NCBI GenBank assembly: GCA_947372465.1
Contig: CANBTT010000011.1
Span: forward strand, 182-64,181
From: Burkholderiales bacterium
GTDB taxonomy: Bacteria > Pseudomonadota > Gammaproteobacteria > Burkholderiales > Burkholderiaceae_C
Length of the DNA: 64,000 nucleotides
Direction of reading: 5' to 3'
Both the position numbers and the translations under genes were made by a program. A model generated the notes under the pieces. It did no database searches. It worked only from the letters and a program-made list of their open reading frames with translations, and was not told the DNA's origin. Position 1 is the first letter of the stretch; every line of letters begins with the position of its first letter. Shown one piece after another: positions 30,263-40,697 of this stretch.

Positions 30263-31783
30263 ATGGAATCATTCTCTGTTACAAAAAAGTTATGGGGCTG
30301 TGGACTTATCAATGGGCGTATTTTTTTATACTGTCTATTGGGCTTGTTGACACTTAAATCTTGGTCCAAGGAGCCCTCACCCTTGGGTCCTCCTTTGGTG
30401 TCCATGAATCAGTCAAGTGCGTTCATGGCCTTGCCTGAGCAAGTTTTGAGACTTTTACAAAAAACCGATATTTCACCAAACTCTTTAAGTGTGCTTGTAA
30501 AAGAAGTCCCTCAAGGTGGGGTTTCACCAAGCTCATTTGGGCAGACAGTGCCTGAGCTCAGTCATTTGGCCATGGAGTTGCGAACACCAGCATCGCTCAT
30601 GAAACTGGTGACAACCCAGGCGGCTTTGGACATGTTGGGCCCGAGTTATGTTTGGAAAACGGATGTGTACATCACGGGCGCGATTAAAAATTCGGGTGTT
30701 TTACAGGGCGATGTGATCATTCGCGGGGGTCTTGATCCAAAAATTAGCGTTGAAAATATCACGCATCTTTTGCAAAAATTGTACTCAATGGGCGTTCAAA
30801 GAATTCAAGGCAACGTGATTGTAGACAAAAGTTTATTCAACGGCTTTGACAGGGATCCTGCGAGTTTCGATGGTGAGCCACTGAGGCCTTACAACGTATT
30901 TGCAGACGCTTTGTTGATCAATTTCAATGCACTGCTGATGAGTTTTACGCCAGATCCACTGACAGGTGTTGCCCATGTCAATATCGAGCCGCCCATCGAT
31001 GGCTTGGCGTATACAAAGCAAGTGCCTTTATCAAGTGGGGGCTGTACAGATTACAGAAAAGAACTCAAGGCTGATTTTACAAAAGCCCTAGACATTAAAT
31101 TTTCAGGCACGTATTCAAAGTCATGCGGTGCCAAGACGTGGCCGTTGGCTTTTGCGAAGCCCAAGGAGTACACACAAAGAGTGTTATCGGGCTTGTGGAA
31201 AAGTTTAGGGGGAGAGATAGGAGGCGAATTCAAGTTGGGTACATTGCCACCCAAAGCAACACTGCTTTGGTCCGAGAGTTCACCTCCCTTGGGAGATCTT
31301 GTGAGAGACATGAACAAGTACTCCAACAACGTCATGGCACAACACCTTTTTTTGACCTTGAGCATGGGCATGCCCTTGGGTCCAACGGAGTCTCTTTCAA
31401 GAGAGTTGGTGCAAAAGTGGTGGCAAGAAAAGGTCTCCCAAACGCCATTGATCGTTGAGCAAGGATCGGGCTTGAGTCGGGAAGATCGACTCAGTGCGCA
31501 AGGCTTGTCTGATTTGTTGAGTTACGCTTGGCGCTCACCCTATATGCCCGAGTTGATTTCATCGTTGCCCATCAGTGGCGTAGACGGCACTTTAAAGCGA
31601 AGTTCCGCCAATGGATTGGCGCACTTAAAAACCGGTAGCTTGAAGGATGTGAATGCGATTGCTGGATTTGTTGAAGGACGACAACAAAAGCGTTATATTT
31701 TGGTTGCGATTTTGAACGACCCGAGAGCCAAGGAGGGCGCGGTCATTTTAGACAGCTTGGTTCAGTGGGTTTCTAACAGATAA
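30263..31783 (+). CDS. dacB: D-alanyl-D-alanine carboxypeptidase/endopeptidase (PBP4 family)
   Basis: SxxK (PASLMKLVT), YSNN and KTGSL motifs. The ATG at 30263 gives a signal-peptide-like N-terminus. Earlier starts would overlap tsaB on the opposite strand. Confidence 0.85.
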   Translation: MESFSVTKKLWGCGLINGRIFLYCLLGLLTLKSWSKEPSPLGPPLVSMNQSSAFMALPEQVLRLLQKTDISPNSLSVLVKEVPQGGVSPSSFGQTVPELSHLAMELRTPASLMKLVTTQAALDMLGPSYVWKTDVYITGAIKNSGVLQGDVIIRGGLDPKISVENITHLLQKLYSMGVQRIQGNVIVDKSLFNGFDRDPASFDGEPLRPYNVFADALLINFNALLMSFTPDPLTGVAHVNIEPPIDGLAYTKQVPLSSGGCTDYRKELKADFTKALDIKFSGTYSKSCGAKTWPLAFAKPKEYTQRVLSGLWKSLGGEIGGEFKLGTLPPKATLLWSESSPPLGDLVRDMNKYSNNVMAQHLFLTLSMGMPLGPTESLSRELVQKWWQEKVSQTPLIVEQGSGLSREDRLSAQGLSDLLSYAWRSPYMPELISSLPISGVDGTLKRSSANGLAHLKTGSLKDVNAIAGFVEGRQQKRYILVAILNDPRAKEGAVILDSLVQWVSNR

Positions 31784-31799
31784 AGCAGCCCTTCCAACC

Positions 31800-32726
31800 T
31801 TACCAACCTTTTGCACTTCTTAGAAAAGTATAGACGTATGCACCTAACAAACGTTGAGCCACAGGCGTTACATTGATGTCATCTGCATACAAATAGGTGT
31901 TGTAATTGGGGTCCGCTGTGGTCGCGGTGCAATTGATGCCTGCCATGATCACGGGGCAAGCGGCTGCGGTGAGGCCCGCGGTGGTGATGCCATAACCTTG
32001 GAAGTCAGCGCTCAGATAAAGCACCTCCGCATCAAACAAGCGCACACCTTGTCCTGCAACGTAGGTGCCAGCATTGGAGAGGATTTTATTGTTAAAGGTC
32101 CGCGTCTCATCTTGAATGAATTGCGCCAGACCTCCGGTATAGCTTGGCCAAGCGGCTGCAAATTTTGCGGCATTCTTTTGCGCGTATGGACTGCCTTTGA
32201 GGTCATATGCATTCAGTATCAAAATATGGGAAAAGTTTTTTAATTGGTCTCGCGCAAAAAGTTGGTAGCTTGTTCCCAACGATCCCAATGTTGCGATGGC
32301 TTTGTCAGGACTTTCCAACTTGTTCAAAACCGCATTGGTATGGCTCAAAATATCATTCATGCCTGCATTGATCACCAGCATGTCACCCGTTTTAGGTACA
32401 AAATTGCTCAATTGTTTGGGCAAATCTGCAACGGTTGCACTTGGTGTTGCAAAACCAGTGAGGCTTGGATCAAAGACAATGTTGTAATTTGCTGCAAGTT
32501 GTGTGATCCAACTGTTGATGGTCTGATCGTTCACGGTCAATTTGTCGTTGTAAGAATTGGCTTGGGTGCCTTGATAGCTTAAAAAGTCACCAATAGAGAT
32601 GATTCGAGTAGGGAAAAACTCATCGTACTTAGAGCTTGATCCACAGCCTGTGAGCGCAAAAAACATGCTCAGCGCTGTAACAACAAATACGTTCTTGGAC
32701 CCTTTGAGCATGTTCATCTTCATCAA
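31800..32726 (-). CDS. SGNH/GDSL-fold lipoprotein (nucleophile Ser and catalytic His apparently substituted)
   Basis: Lipobox ALTGC. Block I reads IGDFLSY rather than GDSL. Block III is intact (NAGMND). Block V reads ADDINVTP rather than DxxHPT. Confidence 0.6.
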   Translation of the reverse strand: MMKMNMLKGSKNVFVVTALSMFFALTGCGSSSKYDEFFPTRIISIGDFLSYQGTQANSYNDKLTVNDQTINSWITQLAANYNIVFDPSLTGFATPSATVADLPKQLSNFVPKTGDMLVINAGMNDILSHTNAVLNKLESPDKAIATLGSLGTSYQLFARDQLKNFSHILILNAYDLKGSPYAQKNAAKFAAAWPSYTGGLAQFIQDETRTFNNKILSNAGTYVAGQGVRLFDAEVLYLSADFQGYGITTAGLTAAACPVIMAGINCTATTADPNYNTYLYADDINVTPVAQRLLGAYVYTFLRSAKGW

Positions 32727-32798
32727 TTCACTCCGTTTAGAGGCTGTAGTTTACTGGTACTTGGTGCCGATCGGTGCTCGCCAGCGCAAAAATCAAAT

Positions 32799-33827
32799 TT
32801 ATTGAGCGCTGGCGGCTCTTTTTAGGCGGTCACAGATCCCTTGCCACTCAGGACTCAAGGGGGGGTGCTCAATCCAAATTTGATCGACTTGTGCTTTGTC
32901 AAAATTTCGCAGGGTTGAGAAGAGTTCATGGGCACACAAAGCTGCGTTTGATGGCATGGCTTCAAAGAGGTATTGCTCAGGTGTTGAAGGAAATGGATTT
33001 TGGCTCCAAATGCCAATCAATTCATGGCCTTTTGGTCTGTAGTTGTCCACTTGTTGGCGCAGTTCTTGAGCACTCCAGAGGCTCACCTTGGCTTTGGGTG
33101 CATAGTGGGCCAGCAAGCGACCAGAAGCTTTGGGAGCACTTGAACTCAGCGTGGGGGGTGGGTTCTCTGAGGGCTCATGGTCTATCAGCTGCTGATAAAT
33201 TGGGGCAACAATGGCCAGCTCCAATTCTTGGACACTCAGTTGACCCGGCCTGAGTAAAACGGGCAAGTCTCTTGAGCAATCAATGATCGTGGACTCGATG
33301 CCAATTTGACAAGATCCCCCGTTCAAAATGAGCAAATCATGATCAAACTCTTCACCCACGTGGCCGGCCTGGGTTGGGCTTACGCGTCCAAAACGATTGG
33401 CGCTGGGTGCTGCCACGCCAAACACACCGAGTTGTTTTGTCCGCTTGAGCAATTCAAGTGCAAGAGGATGCGAGGGCATTCTCAGACCAATGGTGGAGTG
33501 ATGCCCACTGGCTGCATTTGCGACATTCTCGCGTTTTTGAAGAATGAGGGTCAATGGACCAGGCCAAAACAGGGCCATTAATTTCTTGGCGAAATCAGGG
33601 ACATTCTTTGCAAAGTGATCCACACTTTCGATATCGGCAACATGAACGATCAAGGGGTGGTCTGTTGGTCGTCCCTTGACGTCGAAAATACGCTTGACAG
33701 CGATTGAGTTGTCCGCGTCAGCACCTAGCCCGTAGACGGTCTCCGTAGGAAACGCGACCAAGAAGCCATTTTTAAGCAACTTTGCGGCTTCAAGAAGGTC
33801 TCGGTCAGTGGGGTGCTCAATGATCAT
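32799..33827 (-). CDS. tsaC: L-threonylcarbamoyladenylate synthase (Sua5/YwlC long form)
   Basis: YrdC domain (VAFPTETVYGLGADA, KGRPTDHPLIVH) plus a C-terminal Sua5 domain. 342 aa. Confidence 0.88.
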   Translation of the reverse strand: MIIEHPTDRDLLEAAKLLKNGFLVAFPTETVYGLGADADNSIAVKRIFDVKGRPTDHPLIVHVADIESVDHFAKNVPDFAKKLMALFWPGPLTLILQKRENVANAASGHHSTIGLRMPSHPLALELLKRTKQLGVFGVAAPSANRFGRVSPTQAGHVGEEFDHDLLILNGGSCQIGIESTIIDCSRDLPVLLRPGQLSVQELELAIVAPIYQQLIDHEPSENPPPTLSSSAPKASGRLLAHYAPKAKVSLWSAQELRQQVDNYRPKGHELIGIWSQNPFPSTPEQYLFEAMPSNAALCAHELFSTLRNFDKAQVDQIWIEHPPLSPEWQGICDRLKRAASAQ

Positions 33828-33834
33828 GTGTTCA

Positions 33835-35088
33835 TTACAATGCCAAAGAGGCGTTGTTCAAGGGGGGCAATTTTAAGATCTCTAGACATTTGCTCAGCGT
33901 GGACAAGACCTCCTTGGGCTGGCGTCCTGTGATGTTGAGATGTCCCATTTTGCGACCTCGTCTAGGCTCTGTTTTGCCATACAAATGAAGATGGGTGCCT
34001 GGCAAGGCCAAAATGTGTTCCCACGCAGGCTCAAGTGCGTGCTGAACACCGCTATTGAGCCACAAGTCGCCCAATAAATTCAACATTGCACAAGGGCTGT
34101 GTTGTCTCGGGGAAATGAGAGGCAGGCCACAAAGTGTTCTCAATTGAAGATCGAACTGAGACAGATCGCAAGAATCCAGGCTGTGGTGGCCGCTGTTGTG
34201 GGGCCGTGGAGCAATTTCGTTGACCACCCAAGAGGGTCTTTTGGGTTCGGGACTTGTATTTTGTAAAACAAAAAATTCAACGCAAAGCACGCCAATGTAG
34301 GAGAGATTTGTTGCAATGGTTTTAGCCGCCTGTGTCAGTTCTTGCTCTAACTCGGGGTCCATTGCGCGTTCAAAAACGGTGGTCAAATGCAAAATACCAT
34401 TGACATGTTGATTGCATTGAATGGGCAAGGTCACCATCTCATTGAGCTCATTTCTGGCAACGATCACAGAGTATTCAGCGTGCAAGGGAAGCTTCTTTTC
34501 GAGAACACAACTGATGTCATCAACGGCTGTGCTTGATGTCACTTTGGCATTCATGGTGGTGTAAGCCAGCTGCAATTGCAGGAGATTGTTAACAGAAACC
34601 TGTCCTTTGCCGTCGTAGCCCAATCGGGCTGTCTTTAAAATGCCTGGCAAGAGATCATGGGGTGTCTTCTCGACATCGCTTGGGTGTTTGATCACGTGAA
34701 AAGGTGCTGTTTGCAATTTGCACGAGAGAATCATGTTTTTTTCAATAATTCGGTCTTGTGCGACAGAAACTGCATAAGCGCTTGGGTGCACAGGTATTTT
34801 TTCACTGAGCACTTGAAGTGTATGAGAGGGGACATTTTCAAACTCGGTGGTCACTCTTGCAGCCTTTAGCGCCAGCTGTTCGATGCCTTTAGGGTCATCG
34901 TATGCAAATTCAAGCGCTTCTTGACTCACTTGGGCGGCGGGTGCATTTGCATCAGGGTCTAAAACAATGGTCTGATAGCCCATTGTTTGAGCCGCCTGAA
35001 CGAGCATTTTGCCCAATTGACCCGCACCGAGGATGCCAATGCGTGCAGGCGGGGGTAAATAGTCCAGTGAACTTGAGGCATCAATCAT
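33835..35088 (-). CDS. purK: 5-(carboxyamino)imidazole ribonucleotide synthase PurK
   Basis: RIGILGAGQLGKML, the ATP-grasp core, and EIAPRPHNSGH. purE lies adjacent. Confidence 0.9.
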   Translation of the reverse strand: MIDASSSLDYLPPPARIGILGAGQLGKMLVQAAQTMGYQTIVLDPDANAPAAQVSQEALEFAYDDPKGIEQLALKAARVTTEFENVPSHTLQVLSEKIPVHPSAYAVSVAQDRIIEKNMILSCKLQTAPFHVIKHPSDVEKTPHDLLPGILKTARLGYDGKGQVSVNNLLQLQLAYTTMNAKVTSSTAVDDISCVLEKKLPLHAEYSVIVARNELNEMVTLPIQCNQHVNGILHLTTVFERAMDPELEQELTQAAKTIATNLSYIGVLCVEFFVLQNTSPEPKRPSWVVNEIAPRPHNSGHHSLDSCDLSQFDLQLRTLCGLPLISPRQHSPCAMLNLLGDLWLNSGVQHALEPAWEHILALPGTHLHLYGKTEPRRGRKMGHLNITGRQPKEVLSTLSKCLEILKLPPLNNASLAL

Positions 35089-35163
35089 GGCTTGGTCTAG
35101 AAAAGGGGGGTGACGAGGTAAAAATTAAGGGAGGCTTTTTAGGTTTGGCGAGTCAAAGGCGGT

Positions 35164-35652
35164 CTAAAGTTCTAGCTTTGATTTTTGAGCTGCTTGAGTT
35201 TGCTTTTGACGGAAGAGAACGAGTTTTTCACTCAATGCGGTGTCTTCAGTTGCCAAGACTGAAATGGCAAAAAGCGCCGCATTGGCTGCGCCTGCCTCAC
35301 CTATTGCAAACGTGGCCACGGGGATGCCCTTGGGCATTTGAACAATGCTATGCAGAGAGTCAACACCGTGGAGGTGACGACTTGCCACGGGGACGCCCAA
35401 GACGGGTAATGTTGTTTTGGCCGCTAACATGCCTGGCAAGTGGGCGGCCCCACCCGCACCAGCGATAATTGCTTTGAAGCCTCGAGTTTTGGCGTTTTCT
35501 GCAAATCTAAACATATCGTCTGGCATTCGGTGCGCAGAGAGAACGCTTGCCTCAAAAGAAATCTCAAACTCTTGTAGGATGAGGGCTGCGTGTTTCATGG
35601 TCTCCCAGTCGGATTGGGAGCCCATGACTATGGCAATAAGTGCTTGGGTCAT
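35164..35652 (-). CDS. purE: N5-carboxyaminoimidazole ribonucleotide mutase PurE
   Basis: [18 protein letters not shown] and [10 protein letters not shown] motifs. Confidence 0.95.
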   Translation of the reverse strand: MTQALIAIVMGSQSDWETMKHAALILQEFEISFEASVLSAHRMPDDMFRFAENAKTRGFKAIIAGAGGAAHLPGMLAAKTTLPVLGVPVASRHLHGVDSLHSIVQMPKGIPVATFAIGEAGAANAALFAISVLATEDTALSEKLVLFRQKQTQAAQKSKLEL

Positions 35653-35716
35653 CGTGTGGGCCTAAAAAATGTGACAATTCTCATGTATTTTAAGGTTTTG
35701 CTAGGAGTGGATTTAA

Positions 35717-36673
35717 ATGATGGATGTTACGGTAGAAAATTTCGAGTCAGAGGTGATGGCGGCATCAATGCAGACGCCAGTATTGATAGACTTTTGGGCG
35801 CCATGGTGTGGGCCATGCAAAACAATTGGTCCCATGTTGGAGAAGTTAGAGGAGGACTATCAGGGCAGATTTAAGCTGGTAAAAATCAACTCTGACGAAG
35901 AGCAACAATTGGCCGGTGCATTTGGCATCAAAAGCATCCCTACCTGTATTCTATTAAAAGATGGCCGTCCTGTGGATGGTTTTATGGGCGCATTGCCAGA
36001 AGGCAAAATAAAGGAGTTTTTAGACAAGCATTTGCCCTCCGTGGATGAGCTCATAGCGATTGAGGATGCACAAGAGGCCCAAGCTCTTTTAGAGGATGGC
36101 AATGAGGAAGAGGCGCTGATCAAATTACAAGAGGCCATTGCCATCAATCCGGCCAATGAGGATGCCCGGTACGACTATGCCAAACTGTTGATCAAGCTGG
36201 GAGAGTTGCAAACTGCGGAAATGGTTTTGGCGCCAGCGTTGGCTCAAATACCCTTGCAGTTGCGGTTTGATGCACTTCACCATTGGTTGGCTTGTTTTCA
36301 GTTTTTGCAGACCAATGAAAAAGCACAATGGAGCATGGAGAAATTTGACGCACATTTGGGCAAAGAAAAACGAGATTTTGAAACTCGATTGGCCAAGGCG
36401 CGTTGCTTGGTCGCTGCTGGTGAGTTGACTCAAGCCATGGATGAGCTGCTAGAGATTGTGATGAGAGACAAATCGTGGTCCGATCAGATTGCAAGAAAAC
36501 TTTTCGTGGCAATTTTAGAGTTGATGAGCCCTGTGAAAGCCCAAAAAGAAAGTCCTCCATCCAACACCACTCAAGGGGGCATAGAGCTTGCAGGACATAT
36601 CACCCAAGACCATGATCCGCAAGCCGAGTTGATTTCAAAATACAGAAGAAAATTGAGCATGGCCTTGAATTAA
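35717..36673 (+). CDS. thioredoxin-domain / TPR-domain protein (YbbN/CnoX-like)
   Basis: An N-terminal thioredoxin fold with an intact WAPWCGPCK active site is followed by a ~200-aa TPR-like helical domain. Confidence 0.85.
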   Translation: MMDVTVENFESEVMAASMQTPVLIDFWAPWCGPCKTIGPMLEKLEEDYQGRFKLVKINSDEEQQLAGAFGIKSIPTCILLKDGRPVDGFMGALPEGKIKEFLDKHLPSVDELIAIEDAQEAQALLEDGNEEEALIKLQEAIAINPANEDARYDYAKLLIKLGELQTAEMVLAPALAQIPLQLRFDALHHWLACFQFLQTNEKAQWSMEKFDAHLGKEKRDFETRLAKARCLVAAGELTQAMDELLEIVMRDKSWSDQIARKLFVAILELMSPVKAQKESPPSNTTQGGIELAGHITQDHDPQAELISKYRRKLSMALN

Positions 36674-36695
36674 AGACCAGCTCGGCACACAAGAC

Positions 36696-37592
36696 TTAGG
36701 GTTTGAATTTGGCCCAGACCTCATGGTATTTTTTGGCCGTTTGTTCGATCACATCGTTTGGCAAGGCGGGTGCGGGTGCTGTTTTGTTCCAAAGCAGCCC
36801 GTTGGTCTGGCTGCTTTCTAACCAGTCCCGAAGGAACTGTTTGTCATAACTTGGGGGGTTGTTGCCCTCTTGGTAGGTCTCTAGTGGCCAATATCGAGAT
36901 GAATCTGGCGTCAAAATTTCATCCATTAAAACCACTTCGTTTTTATCATTCAAACCAAACTCAAATTTGGTGTCGGCAATGAGGATGCCTTTTTCAAGTG
37001 CAATGTTTCTGGCCTTGGAATAAAGTGCAATGCTGAGCTCTCGAACCTGGTGTGCCAGCGGGGCCCCAATGAGTGCAACGGTTTGCTCAAAGCTGATGTT
37101 TTCATCGTGATCGCCCACGGCAGCTTTGGTTGCCGGCGTGAAGATGGGTTGATCAAGCTCGCTGGCGTTTTTGAGCCCTTTTGGTAGGGAAATGCCGCAA
37201 GCCGTTTGATGGCTTTTGTATTCGGTCCATGCGCTGCCTGCAAGGTAGCCCCTTACAACGGCTTCAATGGGAAGTGGTTTCAAGCGTTTAACCAGCATCG
37301 AGCGTTCACGAACTTGTTGTTTTTCTTGATCATTTACCACGGACTCGGGTGTTTGGTGAGTGAGGTGATTGGGGCAAAGATCGGAGAGTTGATCAAACCA
37401 ATACAGGGCCATTTGTGTGAGCAAAATACCCTTGCCAGGAATGGGCTCACCCATGACGACATCGAAAGCAGAAATTCGATCTGTTGCAATCATCAAAATC
37501 TTATCTTCACCTACTGCGTAGTTATCACGAACCTTGCCTCGCGCCAAAAGGGGCAAAGAGTTGATGCTGGAATTAAGAAGTGTTTGCATCAT
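36696..37592 (-). CDS. purC: phosphoribosylaminoimidazole-succinocarboxamide synthase PurC (long form)
   Basis: LLARGKVRDNY, TDRISAFD and IADTKFEFG motifs. The ATG at 37592 lies 5 nt after an AGGAG Shine-Dalgarno. Confidence 0.93.
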   Translation of the reverse strand: MMQTLLNSSINSLPLLARGKVRDNYAVGEDKILMIATDRISAFDVVMGEPIPGKGILLTQMALYWFDQLSDLCPNHLTHQTPESVVNDQEKQQVRERSMLVKRLKPLPIEAVVRGYLAGSAWTEYKSHQTACGISLPKGLKNASELDQPIFTPATKAAVGDHDENISFEQTVALIGAPLAHQVRELSIALYSKARNIALEKGILIADTKFEFGLNDKNEVVLMDEILTPDSSRYWPLETYQEGNNPPSYDKQFLRDWLESSQTNGLLWNKTAPAPALPNDVIEQTAKKYHEVWAKFKP

Positions 37593-37640
37593 GGGGGCTC
37601 CTGAGTTAAGCAAGAATATGGGAAAGTAAGTGAAAAGGGG

Positions 37641-37674
37641 ATAAAAAAGAGCTCTAGAAAATCTAGAGCTCTTT
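37641..37674 (-). terminator. rho-independent terminator downstream of fba
   Basis: On the minus strand, a 10-13 bp stem (AAGAGCTCTAGA ... TCTAGAGCTCTT) is followed by TTTTTTAT. Confidence 0.7.
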
Positions 37675-37706
37675 GTAGAGAGTCTAAGGGCTTAGGTCGT
37701 CGGCCT

Positions 37707-38771
37707 TTAAGCCACCACTTGTGACAAATGGCCACTGCTGTACTTGGCGGCCACAAACAGCAAGGACTCCCCTTTAATTTTGGCGCCCTGACCTTCGCAG
37801 CCGAATTGAATGTAACGCTCTTTGCAAATGGCTTTGGCCGCCAGTTTGGCAGGCTTTAAAAATTCACGAGGATCGAATTTGCTTGGGTTTTTAGCCATGA
37901 ACTCTCGAACTGCGGCGGTCATGGCCAAGCGAATGTCGGTATCGATGTTTATTTTGCGAACACCGAATTTGATGGCGTGTTGAATTTCTGAGACGGGAAC
38001 ACCGTAAGTTTCTTTCATGTCGCCACCAAATTCGCGTATTTTGCTCAAAAGGTCTTGCGGAACACTTGAGCTCCCGTGCATGACCAAATGTGTGTTTGGA
38101 ATTCGAGCATGAATTTGCTTGATGCGATCAATGGCCAAAATATCACCCGTGGGCATGCGAGAGAATTTGTAGGCGCCATGGCTTGTACCAATGGCAATTG
38201 CCAAAGCATCGAGTTGAGTTCTTTTTACAAAATCGGCGGCTTGTTCGGGGTCCGTCAGGAGCTGTTCGCGTGTCAAGACGTCTTCAGACCCATGCCCGTC
38301 TTCTTGGTCTCCCTTTAATGTCTCCAAGGACCCAAGGCAGCCAAGCTCTCCCTCGACGGTGATGCCAAGCTTGTGCGCCATTTGAACGACCTTTTTGGTC
38401 ACTTCCAGGTTGTATTCGTAGCTCGCGATTGTTTTGCCATCCTCCATTAAACTGCCGTCCATCATCACAGATGAAAAGCCTAGATCAATCGCACCTTGAC
38501 AAACAAGTGGGCTTTGACCGTGGTCTTGGTGCATGACAACAGGGATATGGGGGTAGGACTCAATGGCAGCCTGGATGAGTTTTTTCAGAAATACTTCACC
38601 CGCATATTTGCGCGCACCAGCACTGGCTTGCATAATGACTGGGGAGCCGGTTTCGTCGGCGGCTTCCATGATGGCTTGAACTTGCTCAAGGTTGTTGACG
38701 TTGAAGGCAGGCAAACCGTAGCCATTTTCTGCGGCATGGTCGAGAAGTTCACGCATTGATACAAGAGCCAT
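37707..38771 (-). CDS. fba: fructose-bisphosphate aldolase, class II
   Basis: 354 aa with [16 protein letters not shown] and [11 protein letters not shown] motifs. Confidence 0.95.
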   Translation of the reverse strand: MALVSMRELLDHAAENGYGLPAFNVNNLEQVQAIMEAADETGSPVIMQASAGARKYAGEVFLKKLIQAAIESYPHIPVVMHQDHGQSPLVCQGAIDLGFSSVMMDGSLMEDGKTIASYEYNLEVTKKVVQMAHKLGITVEGELGCLGSLETLKGDQEDGHGSEDVLTREQLLTDPEQAADFVKRTQLDALAIAIGTSHGAYKFSRMPTGDILAIDRIKQIHARIPNTHLVMHGSSSVPQDLLSKIREFGGDMKETYGVPVSEIQHAIKFGVRKINIDTDIRLAMTAAVREFMAKNPSKFDPREFLKPAKLAAKAICKERYIQFGCEGQGAKIKGESLLFVAAKYSSGHLSQVVA

Positions 38772-38823
38772 TTTTAAATTCCTAAACGAATGAGATAACG
38801 GACAGATTTTAAACTGAGAAAAA

Positions 38824-40275
38824 TCAACCCACTTGGCAAATTTTCAGCATATTGGTTCCCCCAGGAGATCCCATGGGCTCTCCACATGTGATGGCATAGA
38901 CGTCGCCCGCATTGACAATGTGTTTTGCCTTCAGGTGTCCTTCTGCTTGCAGCAGCGCTGTATCGCGGTCAGCACTGGTGTCCATCAGCAGTGGCATGAC
39001 GTTGCGATAAAGCGCCATTTTTCGCTGTGTGCTCAATTTGCTGGTTAAAGCATAAATAGGGATGTGGATTCTATGGCGACTCATCCAAAGGGCGGTGGAG
39101 CCAGAGTCTGTCAACGCCACCAAGGCTTTGGCGCCCAAGTGATGGGCTGTGAACAAAGCCCCCATGGCAATTGTTTGATCGATGCGTTTGAAGTTTTTAC
39201 CACTAAAGTCAGCGTCCAATTCGACTTGTTCCGCAGACTCGGCGGCCAGACAAATTTGAGCCATTTCTATGACCGTCTCAAGGGGGTATTTGCCTGCGGC
39301 GGTTTCAGCACTTAACATGACGGCATCTGTGCCATCTAGAACGGCGTTGGCGACGTCACTGACCTCCGCTCGGGTGGGGACTGGGTTGGTGATCATGCTC
39401 TCCATCATTTGGGTTGCTGTGATGACCACTTTATCATGGGCGCGGGCAAGGCGAATCATGCGTTTTTGCAAAGCTGGGACGGCAGCATTGCCAACTTCAA
39501 CTGCCAAATCACCCCTGGCGACCATGATGCCGTCGCTGGAGTTAAGGATGTCCTCAAGATGGGGTATTGCCTCAGCACGCTCAATTTTTGCGATCAAACT
39601 CGTTTTGTGTTTATAAGGTGCTGCGGCCACATTGGCCAGTTGCCTGGCCAGCTCCATGTCGGTGGAATTTTTTGGAAAGCTAACGGCCAAATAATCGGCT
39701 TGAAAGCTCATGGCGGTTTTGATATCGTCCATGTCTTTGGCCGTGAGTGCGGGTGCCGTCAAGCCGCCTCCCTTTTTATTGATCCCCTTGTTGTTGGACA
39801 GCTCGCCTCCAACCACCACTTTGGTATGAACTTGTTCACCTTTGACTTGAGTGACCTCAAGAACAATCAAGCCATCGTTGAGCAGCAAGGTGTCTCCTGA
39901 CTTGACGTCTCGAGGGAGCTCTTTGTAGTCAAGGCCAACGCCGTTTTCATCGCCTAAACTTTGGCGCGACGCATCCAAAATGAAAGGCTTGGCATTCACC
40001 AATTGGACTCGGCCATTTTCGAATTTGCCCACTCGAATCTTGGGACCTTGAAGGTCTGCCATGATGGCGACTTCAACGCCTGCTTTAGATGCGGCGAGCC
40101 TGACCATGCTTGCGCGATCAATGTGATCTTGAGCGCTGCCGTGAGAGAAGTTGAGCCGAACGACGTTGACACCCGCTAAAAACATGGCCTCTAGCATGTC
40201 TAGGGTATTGGAGGCGGGCCCCAATGTCGCAACAATTTTTGTGGACCTGAGAAGTGGATTTTTAGATATAGACAT
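38824..40275 (-). CDS. pyk: pyruvate kinase
   Basis: [18 protein letters not shown], and [11 protein letters not shown] motifs. The ATG at 40275 (MSISKNPLL...) was chosen over the 37-codon upstream extension. Confidence 0.93.
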   Translation of the reverse strand: MSISKNPLLRSTKIVATLGPASNTLDMLEAMFLAGVNVVRLNFSHGSAQDHIDRASMVRLAASKAGVEVAIMADLQGPKIRVGKFENGRVQLVNAKPFILDASRQSLGDENGVGLDYKELPRDVKSGDTLLLNDGLIVLEVTQVKGEQVHTKVVVGGELSNNKGINKKGGGLTAPALTAKDMDDIKTAMSFQADYLAVSFPKNSTDMELARQLANVAAAPYKHKTSLIAKIERAEAIPHLEDILNSSDGIMVARGDLAVEVGNAAVPALQKRMIRLARAHDKVVITATQMMESMITNPVPTRAEVSDVANAVLDGTDAVMLSAETAAGKYPLETVIEMAQICLAAESAEQVELDADFSGKNFKRIDQTIAMGALFTAHHLGAKALVALTDSGSTALWMSRHRIHIPIYALTSKLSTQRKMALYRNVMPLLMDTSADRDTALLQAEGHLKAKHIVNAGDVYAITCGEPMGSPGGTNMLKICQVG

Positions 40276-40697
40276 GTTTTGGATTGTCCCATGAAAGCCT
40301 ACTTGGGCAAAAGAACTTGTTGGCTTTTTCAAAGGCAATTTTGCCGAGAAAGGCCAAACCATTTCCAGAGCAAGAGGGGAGAACAAAAACGCTGATGCTT
40401 TGTTCTATTTGTGGCTTTAAGTACTTTATCGAGACAAAATAGTGAGGGTCCCTTGCAGGGGAAATCTTAAATGCGACATAAATAGTATGAAAGTACTCAT
40501 AAAGTCCATTAAAAGCCTTTAAGGAATAAGACATTTTCATAAAGTTATTTTGGGAATTTGTTGGTAGAGGGGATAATCCGGGGTGAAATTAAAAAGATAA
40601 GTAAATTTTTGCATTTCAAGAAGAACATTTGTACGTAATTTGCTGCCAATGCTTTCAAGGGCGCTCGGGTCAGAATCAATCAAGCCGAGGGTTTCGA

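Noticed and set aside
34684-34699. A CACGTGAAA-containing sequence (TTGATCACGTGAAAAG) inside purK looked like a possible fourth parS.
   Set aside because: Only one half-site matches, roughly 10/16 overall with the left arm lost. It is 30 kb away from the parAB locus.
40262-40540. A 92-aa minus-strand ORF lies in the AT-rich region upstream of pyk.
   Set aside because: It overlaps the pyk start, has no Shine-Dalgarno, and its composition is typical of AT-rich non-coding DNA read in frame. I recognise no family.
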